Shown piece after piece: positions 28,576-40,328 of a DNA stretch of 64,000 nt. How positions within the stretch are numbered: the first letter of the stretch is position 1; each line of letters begins with the position of its first letter. A model generated the notes under the pieces. That model saw only the letters and a program-made list of their open reading frames with translations. It did no database searches and was not told where the DNA came from. The position numbers and the translations under genes were made by a program. This DNA is from Clostridia bacterium (GTDB taxonomy: Bacteria; Bacillota; Clostridia; TANB77; CAG-508), in the NCBI GenBank assembly GCA_045643205.1, contig JAZUKI010000010.1:64001-128000 (forward strand). The letters are read 5' to 3'.

Positions 28576-30762
28576 TTGCCTAAAACAATTTTAGAATACA
28601 TTGGATTAAAATTAACCAGATTATCTACAAAGCTAAAAAGCGTAAAGCCAGACTATAAGCCATATAGCTCTGGAGATAATGTTGGAAAATATAAAGTATA
28701 TAAGAAAGTAAATATTAAGAAACTACAAGTATTAATTAGTGATACTGATAGAACTACTGATATTACTGAAAGATTCAAAGAAGCTTTACCATTACAAGAA
28801 TATATAAAAATGGATAAAGAAGCCTTTGAAAAATGGATCAATGGTGTAACACAAAAAGATATTAAGGAAATTGAAAAACAACAAGAACTATTTGAAAAGA
28901 AAATTCCATATTTTGTAAAATATGATAAAAACTATTTATGGCAAATTTTCTATTCAAAAGAAGATGATAAATATTTTATGCTAGTTCCAGCCAAAGAAAC
29001 TGAAAATCAAACATTAGCATATGTAATAAAGAAGAAATTGGAAGATGATAAAACTGATATATTCGTTCCAATTTGCAAAGAGGAAGTTAGCGATACTTAT
29101 TATTCAGGAAAAGAAATCGAAGATATTATTACATATATAAAATTATTTACAAATCAATGGCCTGAAATAGTTGAGGTTCAAGAAGATAAAGAAAACACAT
29201 TATATATAATGGGTGAAACAAAGCTTAGAGATAATTTTTCAACTAAGTATAGAACAGTGATAAAAAGTATAGATGAAGCTAAAAACTTTTATACAGTATT
29301 AAAGGCACTTTATGTTTTAGCAACAGAAACAAATTATCAATATAAGTTTGATCCAGGTATCGATGAAGAAGGAAACTTTACACTTTCTTATGATAAAAAA
29401 GTAATTAACATTAAGAATATTCAAGAATTTATTTCTAATGAAACAGGAAGACAACAAGGATTAAAATATTCATTAAAAAATGAAATACAACAAAGCAAAG
29501 AAAAGATTAGTAAGATAAACGAAATTCTAAAAAAACAAAGTGAAGTATATGTAAAACAAGAAAAACAAATCTTTGAATTTATGAATTGTAAGAAGAGTGT
29601 TATTAAAAGAGTTAAATATTTCTTTAGTAACAACAAAAAAGTTATAGCTGAAAATAAAAATTTACTTACAAGATTAAATGAAGAAAAAAATGTTTCAGTA
29701 AAAGAAATAAAAGAAAAAGAAATAAATGTAGATAAACAAGATTACTCAAAATTTGTTGATATATTTACAGTTGCAGATTTAGTAAAAAATTCAGTAGAAG
29801 TTAAGAAAATTTCAGCTGAAGCTAAAAATCTGGAAGCGGATGTCAAAGTTTTATTGTTAAAGCAAGAAAATATGACTAGAAAAACAGACAATGCTCAAAA
29901 ATATCTTGATGAAATTCAAAAGCATAAGAGAAACTTATTTGATTTCTGGAGATTTACAAACAAAGATAATGCAAATGAATTAGCAGAAGGTCAAGCACAA
30001 GGTGAAAATATTAAACAACGTCCTATATTCAATTATGATGAAGATAAAGATGACCTTGGATTAGATGTCGATTCACTACAAAGACAAAAATTAAGTGATG
30101 AAGAATGCAATGCTGTATATTTAAGCAGATATATATTACCAGCTCTTAATGCGATTGTTACAAAGAGTGATACATATTTAATTGATGAATGTTATGATTC
30201 ATTAAAAGAAAATCTTAAAAATAGCGACCAACGCGAATCTATTTTCGGTGGTATGGGCGATGAAACAGATAACATTAAAAAAATAAAATTCAAACAACAT
30301 AGAGAAAATTCTCGTGAATTGTATTCTATTTTAAAGTTTAATAATGATACAACATTAGAAGATTTCAAAGAAACTTGTAGAAATTATGGTAGATTACTAA
30401 ATGAAGCATATAACAAAATTAGTTGCAAATATGATATGGAAATCTATTATGATAAGAGAAACAAAGGATTTATTAAAGCTACAATTAATCCTTATGAATT
30501 AGTTGAAGATGAAGAGAATGAAAAGATTTATAAAGCAAAAATATCTGCTGAAAATCATATATTATTTTTCAGTAATATCATAATGTATAACAATATTAGT
30601 AGAACATTACCTGTTGGAATGGATGAGACAAATGAAGTTTTACTAAAGGTTGGAGATATAAAGGAGATTAATAAGGATAAGATTAATATAATTGTAGAAA
30701 AAGATTTGTTTAATGTAGACATAAGAAAAGTTACATTAATTGAAGAAGCAAAGAGACAATAA
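28576..30762 (+). CDS. Hypothetical protein with central coiled-coil (728 aa)
   Basis: TTG start with AGGAGG RBS, 19 bp after the ThrRS-like gene; K/E-rich helical central region. Confidence 0.8.
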   Translation: MPKTILEYIGLKLTRLSTKLKSVKPDYKPYSSGDNVGKYKVYKKVNIKKLQVLISDTDRTTDITERFKEALPLQEYIKMDKEAFEKWINGVTQKDIKEIEKQQELFEKKIPYFVKYDKNYLWQIFYSKEDDKYFMLVPAKETENQTLAYVIKKKLEDDKTDIFVPICKEEVSDTYYSGKEIEDIITYIKLFTNQWPEIVEVQEDKENTLYIMGETKLRDNFSTKYRTVIKSIDEAKNFYTVLKALYVLATETNYQYKFDPGIDEEGNFTLSYDKKVINIKNIQEFISNETGRQQGLKYSLKNEIQQSKEKISKINEILKKQSEVYVKQEKQIFEFMNCKKSVIKRVKYFFSNNKKVIAENKNLLTRLNEEKNVSVKEIKEKEINVDKQDYSKFVDIFTVADLVKNSVEVKKISAEAKNLEADVKVLLLKQENMTRKTDNAQKYLDEIQKHKRNLFDFWRFTNKDNANELAEGQAQGENIKQRPIFNYDEDKDDLGLDVDSLQRQKLSDEECNAVYLSRYILPALNAIVTKSDTYLIDECYDSLKENLKNSDQRESIFGGMGDETDNIKKIKFKQHRENSRELYSILKFNNDTTLEDFKETCRNYGRLLNEAYNKISCKYDMEIYYDKRNKGFIKATINPYELVEDEENEKIYKAKISAENHILFFSNIIMYNNISRTLPVGMDETNEVLLKVGDIKEINKDKINIIVEKDLFNVDIRKVTLIEEAKRQ

Positions 30763-30826
30763 GTAAAAAATGTGTTATAATACTCGAAGCTTTATATAAT
30801 AAGCAATCAAAAAGGAGAAATACCCA

Positions 30827-32077
30827 ATGAATTACGAAGAACTATTAAAAGATAACAAGCAAGAGCATTTATTAGAATATATAAAGTATCTTGATGAAAA
30901 AGACAAAACAAAAAAGGACACACTTATAAAACAAATTGAAAACATAAATTACAAGCAAATTGAAAAATTGTATGGAACAACATTAGAAATGATGAATCCA
31001 GAAAAAGTTTTAAAAACTGCAATGGTTGAACATTTACCTTTTACCAATAGAGCAAAATTAACAACTAAAGAATACAAAAAAATTTATGCTGTAGGAAAAG
31101 AAATTATTCAAAGTAATCAACTCGCAGTAGTAACAATGGCTGGAGGCCAAGGAACAAGACTTGGACATAATGGACCAAAAGGAACATTTTTATTAAATGT
31201 AAAACCAGAACCTAAATCATTATTTCAAATAATAGTAGAAGATTTACTTCATGCAAAAGAAGAATATGGAGTTTATATAAACTGGTACATTATGACTTCA
31301 AACGAAAATAATAAAATGACAAAGAATTTTCTTGAAGAACATAACTATTTTGGATATCCAGCAGAAAATATAAAAATATTTATCCAAGGCGATTTACCTT
31401 TATTAGATGAACAAGGAAAATTAATCGTTAATAGTGATTATGAAATTAAGGTTGCTTCAGATGGAAATGGTTGTATTTATAAGGCTATTGCTGATGAAGG
31501 AATACTTGATGATATGAAAGCTAAAGGCATAAAATGGATATTTGTCGGAGGCGTTGATAATGCATTAGTTAAAAATGTAGATCCAATATTAATAGGATTA
31601 ACTAAAATTGAAGGAAATCAAATTGGATCAAAATCAATTGCAAAAGCTTATCCACAAGAAAGAGTTGGAGTTTTTTGTAAAAAGAATGGTTATCCAGCAG
31701 TAATTGAATACTCTGAAATACCTGAAGAAATGGCTGAAGAAGTAGATGAAGAGGGAGATTTATTATTTGGAGAAGCCAATATAATCAACCACATATACAC
31801 AATTGAAGCTATTGAAAAAATTTCAAAAGAAGAATTGCCTTATCATAGTGCACACAAAAAAGCTGACATGACTATGGTTGATGGAACAGTAGTTAAAGCT
31901 ACAGAGCCTAATGCATATAAATATGAATCATTTATTTTTGATGGATTCAAATACTTCAATAATATGACTCTTTTAAGAGGTGTTAGAGAAAACGAATTTG
32001 CACCAGTTAAAAATGCTGAAGGAAAAGATAGTCCAGCAACAGCTGTAGAACTATATAATAATTATTGGAAATTATAA
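30827..32077 (+). CDS. UDP-N-acetylglucosamine pyrophosphorylase, UAP1/UDPGP-family
   Basis: MAGGQGTRLGHNGPKG, WYIMTS, SDGNG, GVDN, ERVGV, IEYSE, KYESFIFD, EFAPVKN. Confidence 0.9.
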   Translation: MNYEELLKDNKQEHLLEYIKYLDEKDKTKKDTLIKQIENINYKQIEKLYGTTLEMMNPEKVLKTAMVEHLPFTNRAKLTTKEYKKIYAVGKEIIQSNQLAVVTMAGGQGTRLGHNGPKGTFLLNVKPEPKSLFQIIVEDLLHAKEEYGVYINWYIMTSNENNKMTKNFLEEHNYFGYPAENIKIFIQGDLPLLDEQGKLIVNSDYEIKVASDGNGCIYKAIADEGILDDMKAKGIKWIFVGGVDNALVKNVDPILIGLTKIEGNQIGSKSIAKAYPQERVGVFCKKNGYPAVIEYSEIPEEMAEEVDEEGDLLFGEANIINHIYTIEAIEKISKEELPYHSAHKKADMTMVDGTVVKATEPNAYKYESFIFDGFKYFNNMTLLRGVRENEFAPVKNAEGKDSPATAVELYNNYWKL

Positions 32078-32139
32078 TAAAAAAATAAGAGAAAGTTGTA
32101 ATAGAAAAAACTATAATAAAAATATAATAGGAGAAAACT

Positions 32140-32835
32140 ATGGAAGAAGCTAAAATTGTTAATTTATATGATTTAAATGAAACTATAGCTAGCGATTTAA
32201 TAAGCAAATATGAATATCCATGGGAAGTTTTACCACATATTGCAGAATATATTTTAGAAATTGGACCAAATCTTCCTACAGATGAATATAAAGAAATATC
32301 TGAAAATGTATGGGTACATAAGACAGCAAGTATTGATAAGAGTGCAACAATTGTTGGACCAACAATTATTGGATCAGATACTGAAGTAAGACCAGGAGCA
32401 TATATTAGAGGAAAAGTTATTATAGGAAATGAATGTGTTATTGGAAATTCATGCGAATTTAAAAATTGTATATTATTCAATGTAGTTAAAGTTCCTCATT
32501 ATAGCTATGTAGGAGATTCTATAATTGGTTTCCATTCACATATGGGAGCAGGAGCAATTGCATCAAATCTTAAAGCTGATAACCAAGCAGTTACTATAAA
32601 AAAATATAATGATGATGGAGTTGTAGTTGATAGTATTGAAACAGGAATGAGAAAAATTGGTGCAATGCTAGGTGATAGCGTTGAAATTGGATGTCAATGC
32701 GTGCTTAATCCTGGAACTGTTGTTGGTAGATATTCAAATGTTTACCCACTTTCAATGGTTAGAGGAGTTATTCCTCCAAAACATATTTATAAAGCAAAAG
32801 ATAATATTGTGCCAAAAGATAGTAATAATATGTAA
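32140..32835 (+). CDS. Stand-alone left-handed beta-helix acetyltransferase (GlmU C-terminal-like)
   Basis: YPWEVL, hexapeptide repeats, RPGAYIRG, GNSCEFKN, PHYSYVGDSIIG, GAGAIASN, KIGAMLGD. Confidence 0.85.
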   Translation: MEEAKIVNLYDLNETIASDLISKYEYPWEVLPHIAEYILEIGPNLPTDEYKEISENVWVHKTASIDKSATIVGPTIIGSDTEVRPGAYIRGKVIIGNECVIGNSCEFKNCILFNVVKVPHYSYVGDSIIGFHSHMGAGAIASNLKADNQAVTIKKYNDDGVVVDSIETGMRKIGAMLGDSVEIGCQCVLNPGTVVGRYSNVYPLSMVRGVIPPKHIYKAKDNIVPKDSNNM

Positions 32836-32919
32836 TTGATTGAGTACAAAAAACAGTAATAAAATGTAATTAATGGAAAATTGCGATAATTAAAAAACAA
32901 AAGAAAATACTGAAAATAC

Positions 32920-32949
32920 TTGACTTATCGCCGTTTTTTAGAGTATAAT
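32920..32949 (+). promoter_or_regulatory. sigma-A promoter of the rimP-nusA-infB operon
   Basis: TTGACT-18 bp-TATAAT. Confidence 0.7.
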
Positions 32950-32973
32950 AAATATGTACATAAAAAAGAGAGC

Positions 32974-32997
32974 AAGAGAGGAAGAAATTCCTCTCTT
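32974..32997 (+). promoter_or_regulatory. rimP leader hairpin (attenuator-like)
   Basis: AAGAGAGGAA-GAAA-TTCCTCTCTT hairpin in the 5' UTR, at the position of the Firmicutes rimP leader. Confidence 0.5.
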
Positions 32998-33097
32998 AAT
33001 TGTTGCTTAAAATTCAGTGCAAAACCAATCATACAAAATTGATAAATGTTAAAAATTGGTAAAAATACTAGGAGTTTTATTTATGAAAGGAGTTAAA

Positions 33098-33559
33098 TTG
33101 ACTAATTTAGAAACAGAAATCAAAGAAGTTCTTGAACCAGTCATTAATGATTTAGGATTTAAGGTTTATGACATTATTTATGAAAAAGAAGCTCAAGACT
33201 ATTATTTAAGAGTTTTTATTGATAAGGATGAAGTTATTAGTAGTGATGATTGTGCTTTAGTAAGTCAAACAATTGACCCTATTCTTGATGAAAAAGACTT
33301 TATAAAAGGTTCATATTTACTAGAAGTATCTTCACCAGGAATAGAAAGAAGAATTAGAGATGATAGTCAACTTGAGAAAGCAATTAATTCTAAAATTGAA
33401 GTACATACTTATAAGAAAGTAAATGAAGAGAAAGTTTTAATAGGAAATTTAGTAAGCTTTTCAGAAAGCAACATTATAATAGACATAAACAATGAAAATA
33501 TAGAAATTGACAAAAACAATATCTCAACTATGAAAACAGTTTATGAGTGGGAGGATTAA
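33098..33559 (+). CDS. rimP: Ribosome maturation factor RimP
   Basis: LRVFIDK, DDC..VS, YLLEVSSPGIER; TTG start after GAAAGGAG (ATG at 33083 is an alternative). Confidence 0.93.
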   Translation: MTNLETEIKEVLEPVINDLGFKVYDIIYEKEAQDYYLRVFIDKDEVISSDDCALVSQTIDPILDEKDFIKGSYLLEVSSPGIERRIRDDSQLEKAINSKIEVHTYKKVNEEKVLIGNLVSFSESNIIIDINNENIEIDKNNISTMKTVYEWED

Positions 33560-33564
33560 TAAAA

Positions 33565-34842
33565 ATGAAAAAGAGAGTAAAAAAGGCAGAATACAAAGGA
33601 ATCGATACAACTGAAATGCTAGCAGCATTAGATGAATTAGAAAGTTCAGAAGGATTAGATAAAAAAATGCTTCTTGAATCTATTCAAAATGCATTAGTTT
33701 CAGCATACAAAAAAGACTTTGGAAGTGATGAAACAAATGTTGTAGTTGAATTTGATAAAAAAGATGGAAGCATGCATATTTATCAAGAAAAGACTGTTGT
33801 AAGAACACCAGAAGATGAATCAAAGGAAATTTCATTAAAAGAAGCACATGTTTTAAATAAAGATTATAAAGCAGGAGATGTAATCAAAATCGAATTATTT
33901 CCAAAGAATTTCGGAAGAATTGCTGCTCAAACTGCAGGACAAGTTATTAAACAAAAGATTAGAGAAGCTTCTAGAGAATTAGTATTTAATGAGTTCTCAG
34001 CTAGAGAAGGAGAAATAGTAACAGGATTAATTCAAAAAGTTACACCATCATCAGTTATTATGGATTTAGGAAAAGTTGAAGGAATTATGCCTAAGATTCA
34101 AGAAGTTTCAACTGAAGAATACCACGTTAATGACAAAATTAAAGCGGTTATTGTTAAAGTTGAAAAAGGAATTAAGGGAAGTACAAAAATTGTTTTATCA
34201 AGAACAAGTCCTGAATTTGTAAAGAAACTATTTGAAATTGAAATTCCTGAAATTTATGAAGGTGTTATTGAAATAAAGAGCATTTCAAGAGATCCAGGAT
34301 TAAGAAGTAAAATTGCAGTTTATTCACCAAATCCTAACATTGACCCAGTTGGATCATGCGTTGGACAAAAAGGAATAAGAATTCAAAATATTATCAATGA
34401 ATTAAATGGTGAAAAAATTGATGTTATTGAATGGAATGAACAACCAGAAACATTTATTTCAGCAGCATTATTACCAGCACAAGTATTAGCTGTAGATTGT
34501 AATGATGAAGAAAACTTTGCACAAGTTATTGTTCCAGATGATCAATTATCATTAGCAATTGGAAAAGCTGGACAAAATGCAAGATTAGCTCATAAATTAA
34601 CAAATTGGAAAATAGATATAAAATCTGAATCACAATTTAGAGAAATGTTACAAAATAACCAAAACGGAGAAGCAACAGAAGAAACTATGGATGATGAAAT
34701 AGTTGAAGAAAAAGTTGAATCTACAGAAGTTGTTGAAGAAACAGCTGAAGTTGTAGAAGCAGCTGAAGAAGTTGTAGAAGAAGTAAAAGAAAAGAAAACA
34801 AGAACAAGAAAAACAAAGAAATCAGAAGAAGGGGAAGAATAA
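33565..34842 (+). CDS. nusA: Transcription termination/antitermination factor NusA
   Basis: FGRIAAQTA, S1 and KH domains, DPVGSCVG, LSLAIGKAGQNARLA; acidic C-terminal tail. Confidence 0.96.
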   Translation: MKKRVKKAEYKGIDTTEMLAALDELESSEGLDKKMLLESIQNALVSAYKKDFGSDETNVVVEFDKKDGSMHIYQEKTVVRTPEDESKEISLKEAHVLNKDYKAGDVIKIELFPKNFGRIAAQTAGQVIKQKIREASRELVFNEFSAREGEIVTGLIQKVTPSSVIMDLGKVEGIMPKIQEVSTEEYHVNDKIKAVIVKVEKGIKGSTKIVLSRTSPEFVKKLFEIEIPEIYEGVIEIKSISRDPGLRSKIAVYSPNPNIDPVGSCVGQKGIRIQNIINELNGEKIDVIEWNEQPETFISAALLPAQVLAVDCNDEENFAQVIVPDDQLSLAIGKAGQNARLAHKLTNWKIDIKSESQFREMLQNNQNGEATEETMDDEIVEEKVESTEVVEETAEVVEAAEEVVEEVKEKKTRTRKTKKSEEGEE

Positions 34843-34867
34843 GGTTTAAACTTAGGAGGTATTAATA

Positions 34868-37800
34868 TTGGGGAAAATTAAAATATTTGAACTAGCAAAA
34901 GAATTAGATGTAAATAACAAAGACCTTGTATCAATAGCACAAGACCTAGGTTTAGATGTTAAGAGTCACTTAAGTTCAATAGACGAAGAAGACGCTAAAA
35001 AAATTAAAGCTAGTATGAAAAAATCTGATAAAAAAGATGTATCTAAAAGTGAAAATGTTTCAAAAAACAAAGAAGATAACAGCGAAAAATCAAATAAAAA
35101 GACAACAGGCAATGTCATTATTAGAAGAGAAGTAATAGTTGAAGAAGAACAAAAACCAGTTAAGAAAACTACTACTGTAAACAGAAATGATATTGGTTTT
35201 ACTAAACAACGTACAAATCAAAATTACAATATTGTTTATAGAGAAAAACAACAAAAACCTATGTCAGTTGCTGAATTATTTGGATTAAAAGATCCAAAGA
35301 AAGAAGCAGAAGAAAAGGCAAAGAAGAAAGCTGAAGAATTAAAGAAAGCCGAAAAACAAAAACAATTAGAAGAAGCAAAAGCTAGAGAAGAAAAAGCAGC
35401 TAGAGAAGCAGCAGAAGCAGAAAAAGTTGAAAAGGTTGAGAAGGTAGAAAAAACAGTTGTTATAAAAACAGAAACACCTGCAAAAGAATCTGCTCCAAGA
35501 CCAGCTGAAAAAAGAAATTCTAAATTATTAGGAAGAACTGAAAGAGCTGATAGAGCATTAAATAGTAATGCAAACTTCAATAGACCTAATGCTGGAAATA
35601 ATGATTTCAAAAATAGAGGCGAAGGATTCAACAAACAAGATAGGAACAATAGATTTGGAAACAATTCTAACTATAGACCTGGATTTACTAGAAATCAAGG
35701 ACAAGATGGAAACTTCAGAAATAATAGATTTGGAGGACAACAACAAGGCGAATTCAAACCAAGAAATACAAATCAAGGTGCTGATAATTTCAGAAAACCT
35801 GCACCTAGAAATAATGAAGTAAGTGCTCCAGAAACTTTTGAAGATCAAGCTGGAAGAAGAAATTATTCAGACAGAATGATTGATAAACAAAAAGCAAATA
35901 GAGTATTTGAAGAAAAGAAGAAAAATGTTAAGAAATCAAGAAGAATGGAAGGTGGAGATGAGTTTGACGAATACAAACTAAGAGACCTTAAATCTGCTGA
36001 TAAATTATCAAATATGTATGAATCAGAAGATGGTGGAATGCTTGATTATTATGATTTATCTTCAAGACATGGCAAAAGAAGAAAGATTAAGAAAGAAGAA
36101 ACAGTTTCTAAACAAAAAATATTTGAATTAAAAGAAATTGATATTGGTGAATCTATTTCTGTTAAAAATTTAGCAACAGAATTAAAGAAGACATCAGCTG
36201 AAGTTGTTAAAAAATTATTTGATTTAGGAATAATGGCTACAATAAACCAAGAACTAGATTACGATACAGCATATTTAGTATCAGATAGTTTTGGAATTAA
36301 AGCAAATAAGAAAGTTGAAGTAAAAGATGAAGACATCTTATTTGATGATAGTGAAGATAACGAAGAAGATTTAGTAGCAAGACCACCTGTAGTTGTAGTT
36401 ATGGGACACGTTGATCATGGTAAAACATCTTTACTTGATGCTATCAGAAAAACAAATGTTATCGAAGGTGAAGCCGGAGGTATTACACAACATATTGGTG
36501 CTTATAAAGTAAAAATTAATGATAGAGAAATTACATTCTTAGATACACCAGGACACGAAGCATTCACAAGTATGCGTGCTAGAGGTGCTCAAATTACTGA
36601 CGTTGCAATATTAGTTGTTGCTGCTGATGATGGTGTTATGCCTCAAACAGTTGAAGCTATCAACCATGCTAAAGCTGCTAATATTCCAATTATTGTTGCA
36701 GTTAATAAAATTGATTTACCAGGTGCTAATGTTGATAAAGTAAAACAAGAATTAATGAAATATGAATTAGTTCCTGAAGAATGGGGTGGATCAACAATTT
36801 ATGTTCCAATCTCTGCAAAGAAAAACATCAACATTGATAACTTATTGGAAATGGTATTACTTGTTTCTGATATGGCAAACTTAAGAGCAAATCCAAATAG
36901 ACAAGCAAAAGGTGTTGTTATTGAAGCTAGATTAGACAAAGCTCAAGGACCTATTGCATCAATCTTAATTCAAAGAGGAACACTTAATGTTGGAGATACA
37001 ATAATAGTTGGTGAAGCTATTGGTAAAATTAGAATAATGAAAAATGATAAAGGCAAGAATATTAAAGAAGCTGGACCTTCAACACCAGTTGAAATTACAG
37101 GTCTTAAAGATGTTCCTGCTGCTGGCGATATTTTATATGAAGTTAAAAATGAAAAAGTTGCTAAACACTTAATTGAACAAAGAAAACTTGAACATAGAGA
37201 GCAAAAAATTAGCAACGATAACATGGTTACAATTGATAACCTATTTGATAAGATGAAGAATGATGACTTGAAACAATTTAACATTATCGTTAAAACTGAT
37301 GTTCAAGGAACTGCAGAAGCATTTAAGTCATCACTTGAAAAATTATCAAATGAAGAAGTATTAGTAAAAGTATTACATTCAAGCGCTGGTGCTGTTACGG
37401 AATCAGATGTTGAACTTGCAAAAGCTGCAAATGCTATTATTATTGCATTCAATGTTAGACCTGTTGGAGCAACAAAACAATTAGCAGAAAAAGAAGGCGT
37501 TGAAATTAAACAATACTCAATTATTTATCAAGCATTAGAAGATGTACAAAATGCAATGAAAGGAATGCTTGCACCAGTTTATCAAGAAATTACAATTGGT
37601 AATGCTGAAGTTAGACAAGTATTCAAAGTTTCTAATGTTGGAACTATTGCAGGATGCTATGTAACAGATGGTAAAGTAGCAAGAAATGCAGGAGTTAGAG
37701 TAATTAGAGAAGGCGTTGTTATCCATGAAGGAAAACTAGTTTCTTTAAAGAGATTTAAAGATGACGCTAAAGAAGTTTCTGCAGGTTTTGAATGTGGTAT

Positions 37801-37876
37801 TCAAATTGAGAACTTCAATGATATTATACTTGGTGATACAATCGAAGCATATATCAAACAAGAAGTTCAAAGATAG
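34868..37876 (+). CDS. infB: Translation initiation factor IF-2
   Basis: [41 protein letters not shown]; TTG start with AGGAGG. Confidence 0.97.
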   Translation: MGKIKIFELAKELDVNNKDLVSIAQDLGLDVKSHLSSIDEEDAKKIKASMKKSDKKDVSKSENVSKNKEDNSEKSNKKTTGNVIIRREVIVEEEQKPVKKTTTVNRNDIGFTKQRTNQNYNIVYREKQQKPMSVAELFGLKDPKKEAEEKAKKKAEELKKAEKQKQLEEAKAREEKAAREAAEAEKVEKVEKVEKTVVIKTETPAKESAPRPAEKRNSKLLGRTERADRALNSNANFNRPNAGNNDFKNRGEGFNKQDRNNRFGNNSNYRPGFTRNQGQDGNFRNNRFGGQQQGEFKPRNTNQGADNFRKPAPRNNEVSAPETFEDQAGRRNYSDRMIDKQKANRVFEEKKKNVKKSRRMEGGDEFDEYKLRDLKSADKLSNMYESEDGGMLDYYDLSSRHGKRRKIKKEETVSKQKIFELKEIDIGESISVKNLATELKKTSAEVVKKLFDLGIMATINQELDYDTAYLVSDSFGIKANKKVEVKDEDILFDDSEDNEEDLVARPPVVVVMGHVDHGKTSLLDAIRKTNVIEGEAGGITQHIGAYKVKINDREITFLDTPGHEAFTSMRARGAQITDVAILVVAADDGVMPQTVEAINHAKAANIPIIVAVNKIDLPGANVDKVKQELMKYELVPEEWGGSTIYVPISAKKNINIDNLLEMVLLVSDMANLRANPNRQAKGVVIEARLDKAQGPIASILIQRGTLNVGDTIIVGEAIGKIRIMKNDKGKNIKEAGPSTPVEITGLKDVPAAGDILYEVKNEKVAKHLIEQRKLEHREQKISNDNMVTIDNLFDKMKNDDLKQFNIIVKTDVQGTAEAFKSSLEKLSNEEVLVKVLHSSAGAVTESDVELAKAANAIIIAFNVRPVGATKQLAEKEGVEIKQYSIIYQALEDVQNAMKGMLAPVYQEITIGNAEVRQVFKVSNVGTIAGCYVTDGKVARNAGVRVIREGVVIHEGKLVSLKRFKDDAKEVSAGFECGIQIENFNDIILGDTIEAYIKQEVQR

Positions 37877-37890
37877 AAAGGAAACATATT

Positions 37891-38352
37891 ATGGCTAGAA
37901 GACAACAGTCTAAGTCAAATAGAATGGGTAGAGTTAACGAACAAATTAAAAAAGTTGTTAGCCAAGCAATCAATTATGAATTAACAAATAAGAAAATTAC
38001 TGGAATGGTAACAGTTACAAGAGTTAATACTACACCAGATTTAAGATATTCTAAAATTTATATTAGTTTATTTAATTGTAAAAATAATGCTGAAACAGTG
38101 GAAGGCTTGAATGAAAGCGAGCCTTTCCTTAGAAGCAGAGTTGCAAGTGAAATTAATATGAGAATTACACCTGAACTTGTTTTTAAAATTGATGATTCAG
38201 CTGAACAAGGTGAAAAAATAGATAAGATTATTAGCCAAATAAAAAAAGATGATGAAGAATTTAAAAAGACACATCCTAATATGCTACAAGACGAAATTGA
38301 ATCTGATGAAGACTTTGACGAATATTCAGGAGAAGATGAATCAGAAGAATAA
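37891..38352 (+). CDS. rbfA: Ribosome-binding factor A
   Basis: RMGRVNEQ, VTVTRV..TPDL, MRITPELVFKID; follows infB. Confidence 0.95.
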   Translation: MARRQQSKSNRMGRVNEQIKKVVSQAINYELTNKKITGMVTVTRVNTTPDLRYSKIYISLFNCKNNAETVEGLNESEPFLRSRVASEINMRITPELVFKIDDSAEQGEKIDKIISQIKKDDEEFKKTHPNMLQDEIESDEDFDEYSGEDESEE

Positions 38353-38403
38353 TTCTTTAACAAATTAAAACATAAGAAAATTTTTAATGATGGAGAATAA
38401 TAT

Positions 38404-39360
38404 ATGAGTACTTTAGATGATATTTATCAAGAAATAAATGTTGCTGACTCAATTGCGATTTTAACTCATGAGCATCCAGATGGTGATGCCATAGGAACAG
38501 CATTAGCATTATATAATGCATTAAAAATGCAAAATAAAAATGTAGAAGTAATAATTCCAGAATACTCTAGATGTTTTAGCAATGTTCCGGGAATTGAGGA
38601 TGTTCTAAAAGAAGGAAGCAAAGAAGAATATGCATTGACTATAACAGTTGATGTAGCATCTATAAATCAATTAGGTGACTGCGTTAAATACTATGAAAAT
38701 GCTAAAAAGACAATCTCAATAGATCATCATAATTCAAATACTATGTTAGGAGATATAAATTTTGTTGATCCATTTTCACCAGCTGCAGCACAAGTATTAT
38801 ATGGGATTTTTAAAGTGTATAATTGGGAAATAACAGAAGATATTGGAACAGATATAATGACAGGAATCATTACTGATACTGGTGGATTCCAATATCAACA
38901 AGTATCTAAAGAAACATTTATAATTGCAGCAGAGATGAAAGAATTAGGAGTAGATATTCCAAAAATATATAAAGAAACTCTTGCTACACATACAATATCA
39001 AGTTTTAAATTAAAAGTATTAGCAAATGATAGATTAGAATTTCTTGAAGATGGAAAAGTAACATTTACATATATAAACAAAGAAGATGAAGAATCAGTTA
39101 ATGCAGAATTAGGTGATCATGAAGGCATTGTTAATGAAGGAAGAAATCTTGAAGGAGTTGAAGTATCAATTTTCTTGCATGAAACAGATAAAGGATACAA
39201 AGCATCATTAAGATCAAACAACTATGTGGATGTTAGTGAAATTTGTACAAAGTTTAATGGTGGCGGACATATTAGAGCTGCTGGTGCGACTTTCATAGAA
39301 GGAACACCAAAACAAATTAAAGAAATGTTAATGAGCGAAGTTAAAAAATATTTAAAATAA
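38404..39360 (+). CDS. nrnA: DHH/DHHA1 oligoribonuclease and pAp phosphatase
   Basis: HEHPDGDAIG, IDHH, TDTGGF, SLRS, GGGHIRAAG; conserved position after rbfA. Confidence 0.9.
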   Translation: MSTLDDIYQEINVADSIAILTHEHPDGDAIGTALALYNALKMQNKNVEVIIPEYSRCFSNVPGIEDVLKEGSKEEYALTITVDVASINQLGDCVKYYENAKKTISIDHHNSNTMLGDINFVDPFSPAAAQVLYGIFKVYNWEITEDIGTDIMTGIITDTGGFQYQQVSKETFIIAAEMKELGVDIPKIYKETLATHTISSFKLKVLANDRLEFLEDGKVTFTYINKEDEESVNAELGDHEGIVNEGRNLEGVEVSIFLHETDKGYKASLRSNNYVDVSEICTKFNGGGHIRAAGATFIEGTPKQIKEMLMSEVKKYLK

Positions 39361-39428
39361 GATATTAAAAACTAAATTAGAAATTTAAATATCAAAATAA
39401 AATTAATATTTAAAATAAAGGACTTTAA

Positions 39429-40328
39429 ATGGACGGAATTTTAGTTGTTAATAAACCACTAGGAAAAACATCTTTTGACATAGTGGCTCAAACAAGAAGA
39501 GAATTTCATACAAAAAAAGTTGGACATATAGGTACGCTTGATCCAATGGCATCAGGCGTACTTCCAATTTTAATAGGTAATTGCACAAAACTATCTGATT
39601 ATTTAATGAATCATGACAAGGATTATGTTGCAATTATTAAACTTGGAAAATCAACTAATACTGGAGATCAAGAGGGTGAGATTACAGAAGAGCAAGATGT
39701 GGACAACAATATCTTTAATAATGCAAAAATTGAAGAAACATTAAACACATTTTTAGGTGAATCAGAACAAATTCCACCAATGTATTCTGCTATAAAAATA
39801 AATGGAAAGAAACTATACGAATTAGCTAGAGCTGGTCAAACAGTAGAAAGAAAACCAAGAACTATATATATAACATCAATTGAATTGATAAAAATTAATG
39901 AAGATGAAAAAGAAATACAATTTAAAGTAACTTGCTCAAAAGGAACATATATAAGAACTTTATGCGAAGATATTGCTAAAAAGTTAGGTACCATAGGATA
40001 TATGAAAGAACTAACAAGAACAAGAGTTGGTGAATTTAAGATAGAAGATGAAGGAAAAATTATTTCTTTAGAAGAATTATTAGCTAGCAATCCTTCAAAA
40101 GAATTAAGTAAAAATGAATATATAAAATTATCAAATGGAATCATGCTTAACTTTGAAAATAATGAAAAAAGCATAAATTTAGAAAAGACAGAAACTACTG
40201 CAATAGCAAGTAATTTAGATTGTTTTGTGAAACTGTATTACAATCAAAAATTTGTTGGAATAGCAAAAAAAGAAGAAAATAAAATTCAAAGATTTATTTT
40301 AAATGAAAAAGAAGAAGGAGAGGAATAA
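39429..40328 (+). CDS. truB: tRNA pseudouridine(55) synthase
   Basis: KVGHIGTLDPMASGVL, QIPPMYSAIKINGKKLYELAR, CSKGTYIRTL. Confidence 0.96.
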   Translation: MDGILVVNKPLGKTSFDIVAQTRREFHTKKVGHIGTLDPMASGVLPILIGNCTKLSDYLMNHDKDYVAIIKLGKSTNTGDQEGEITEEQDVDNNIFNNAKIEETLNTFLGESEQIPPMYSAIKINGKKLYELARAGQTVERKPRTIYITSIELIKINEDEKEIQFKVTCSKGTYIRTLCEDIAKKLGTIGYMKELTRTRVGEFKIEDEGKIISLEELLASNPSKELSKNEYIKLSNGIMLNFENNEKSINLEKTETTAIASNLDCFVKLYYNQKFVGIAKKEENKIQRFILNEKEEGEE

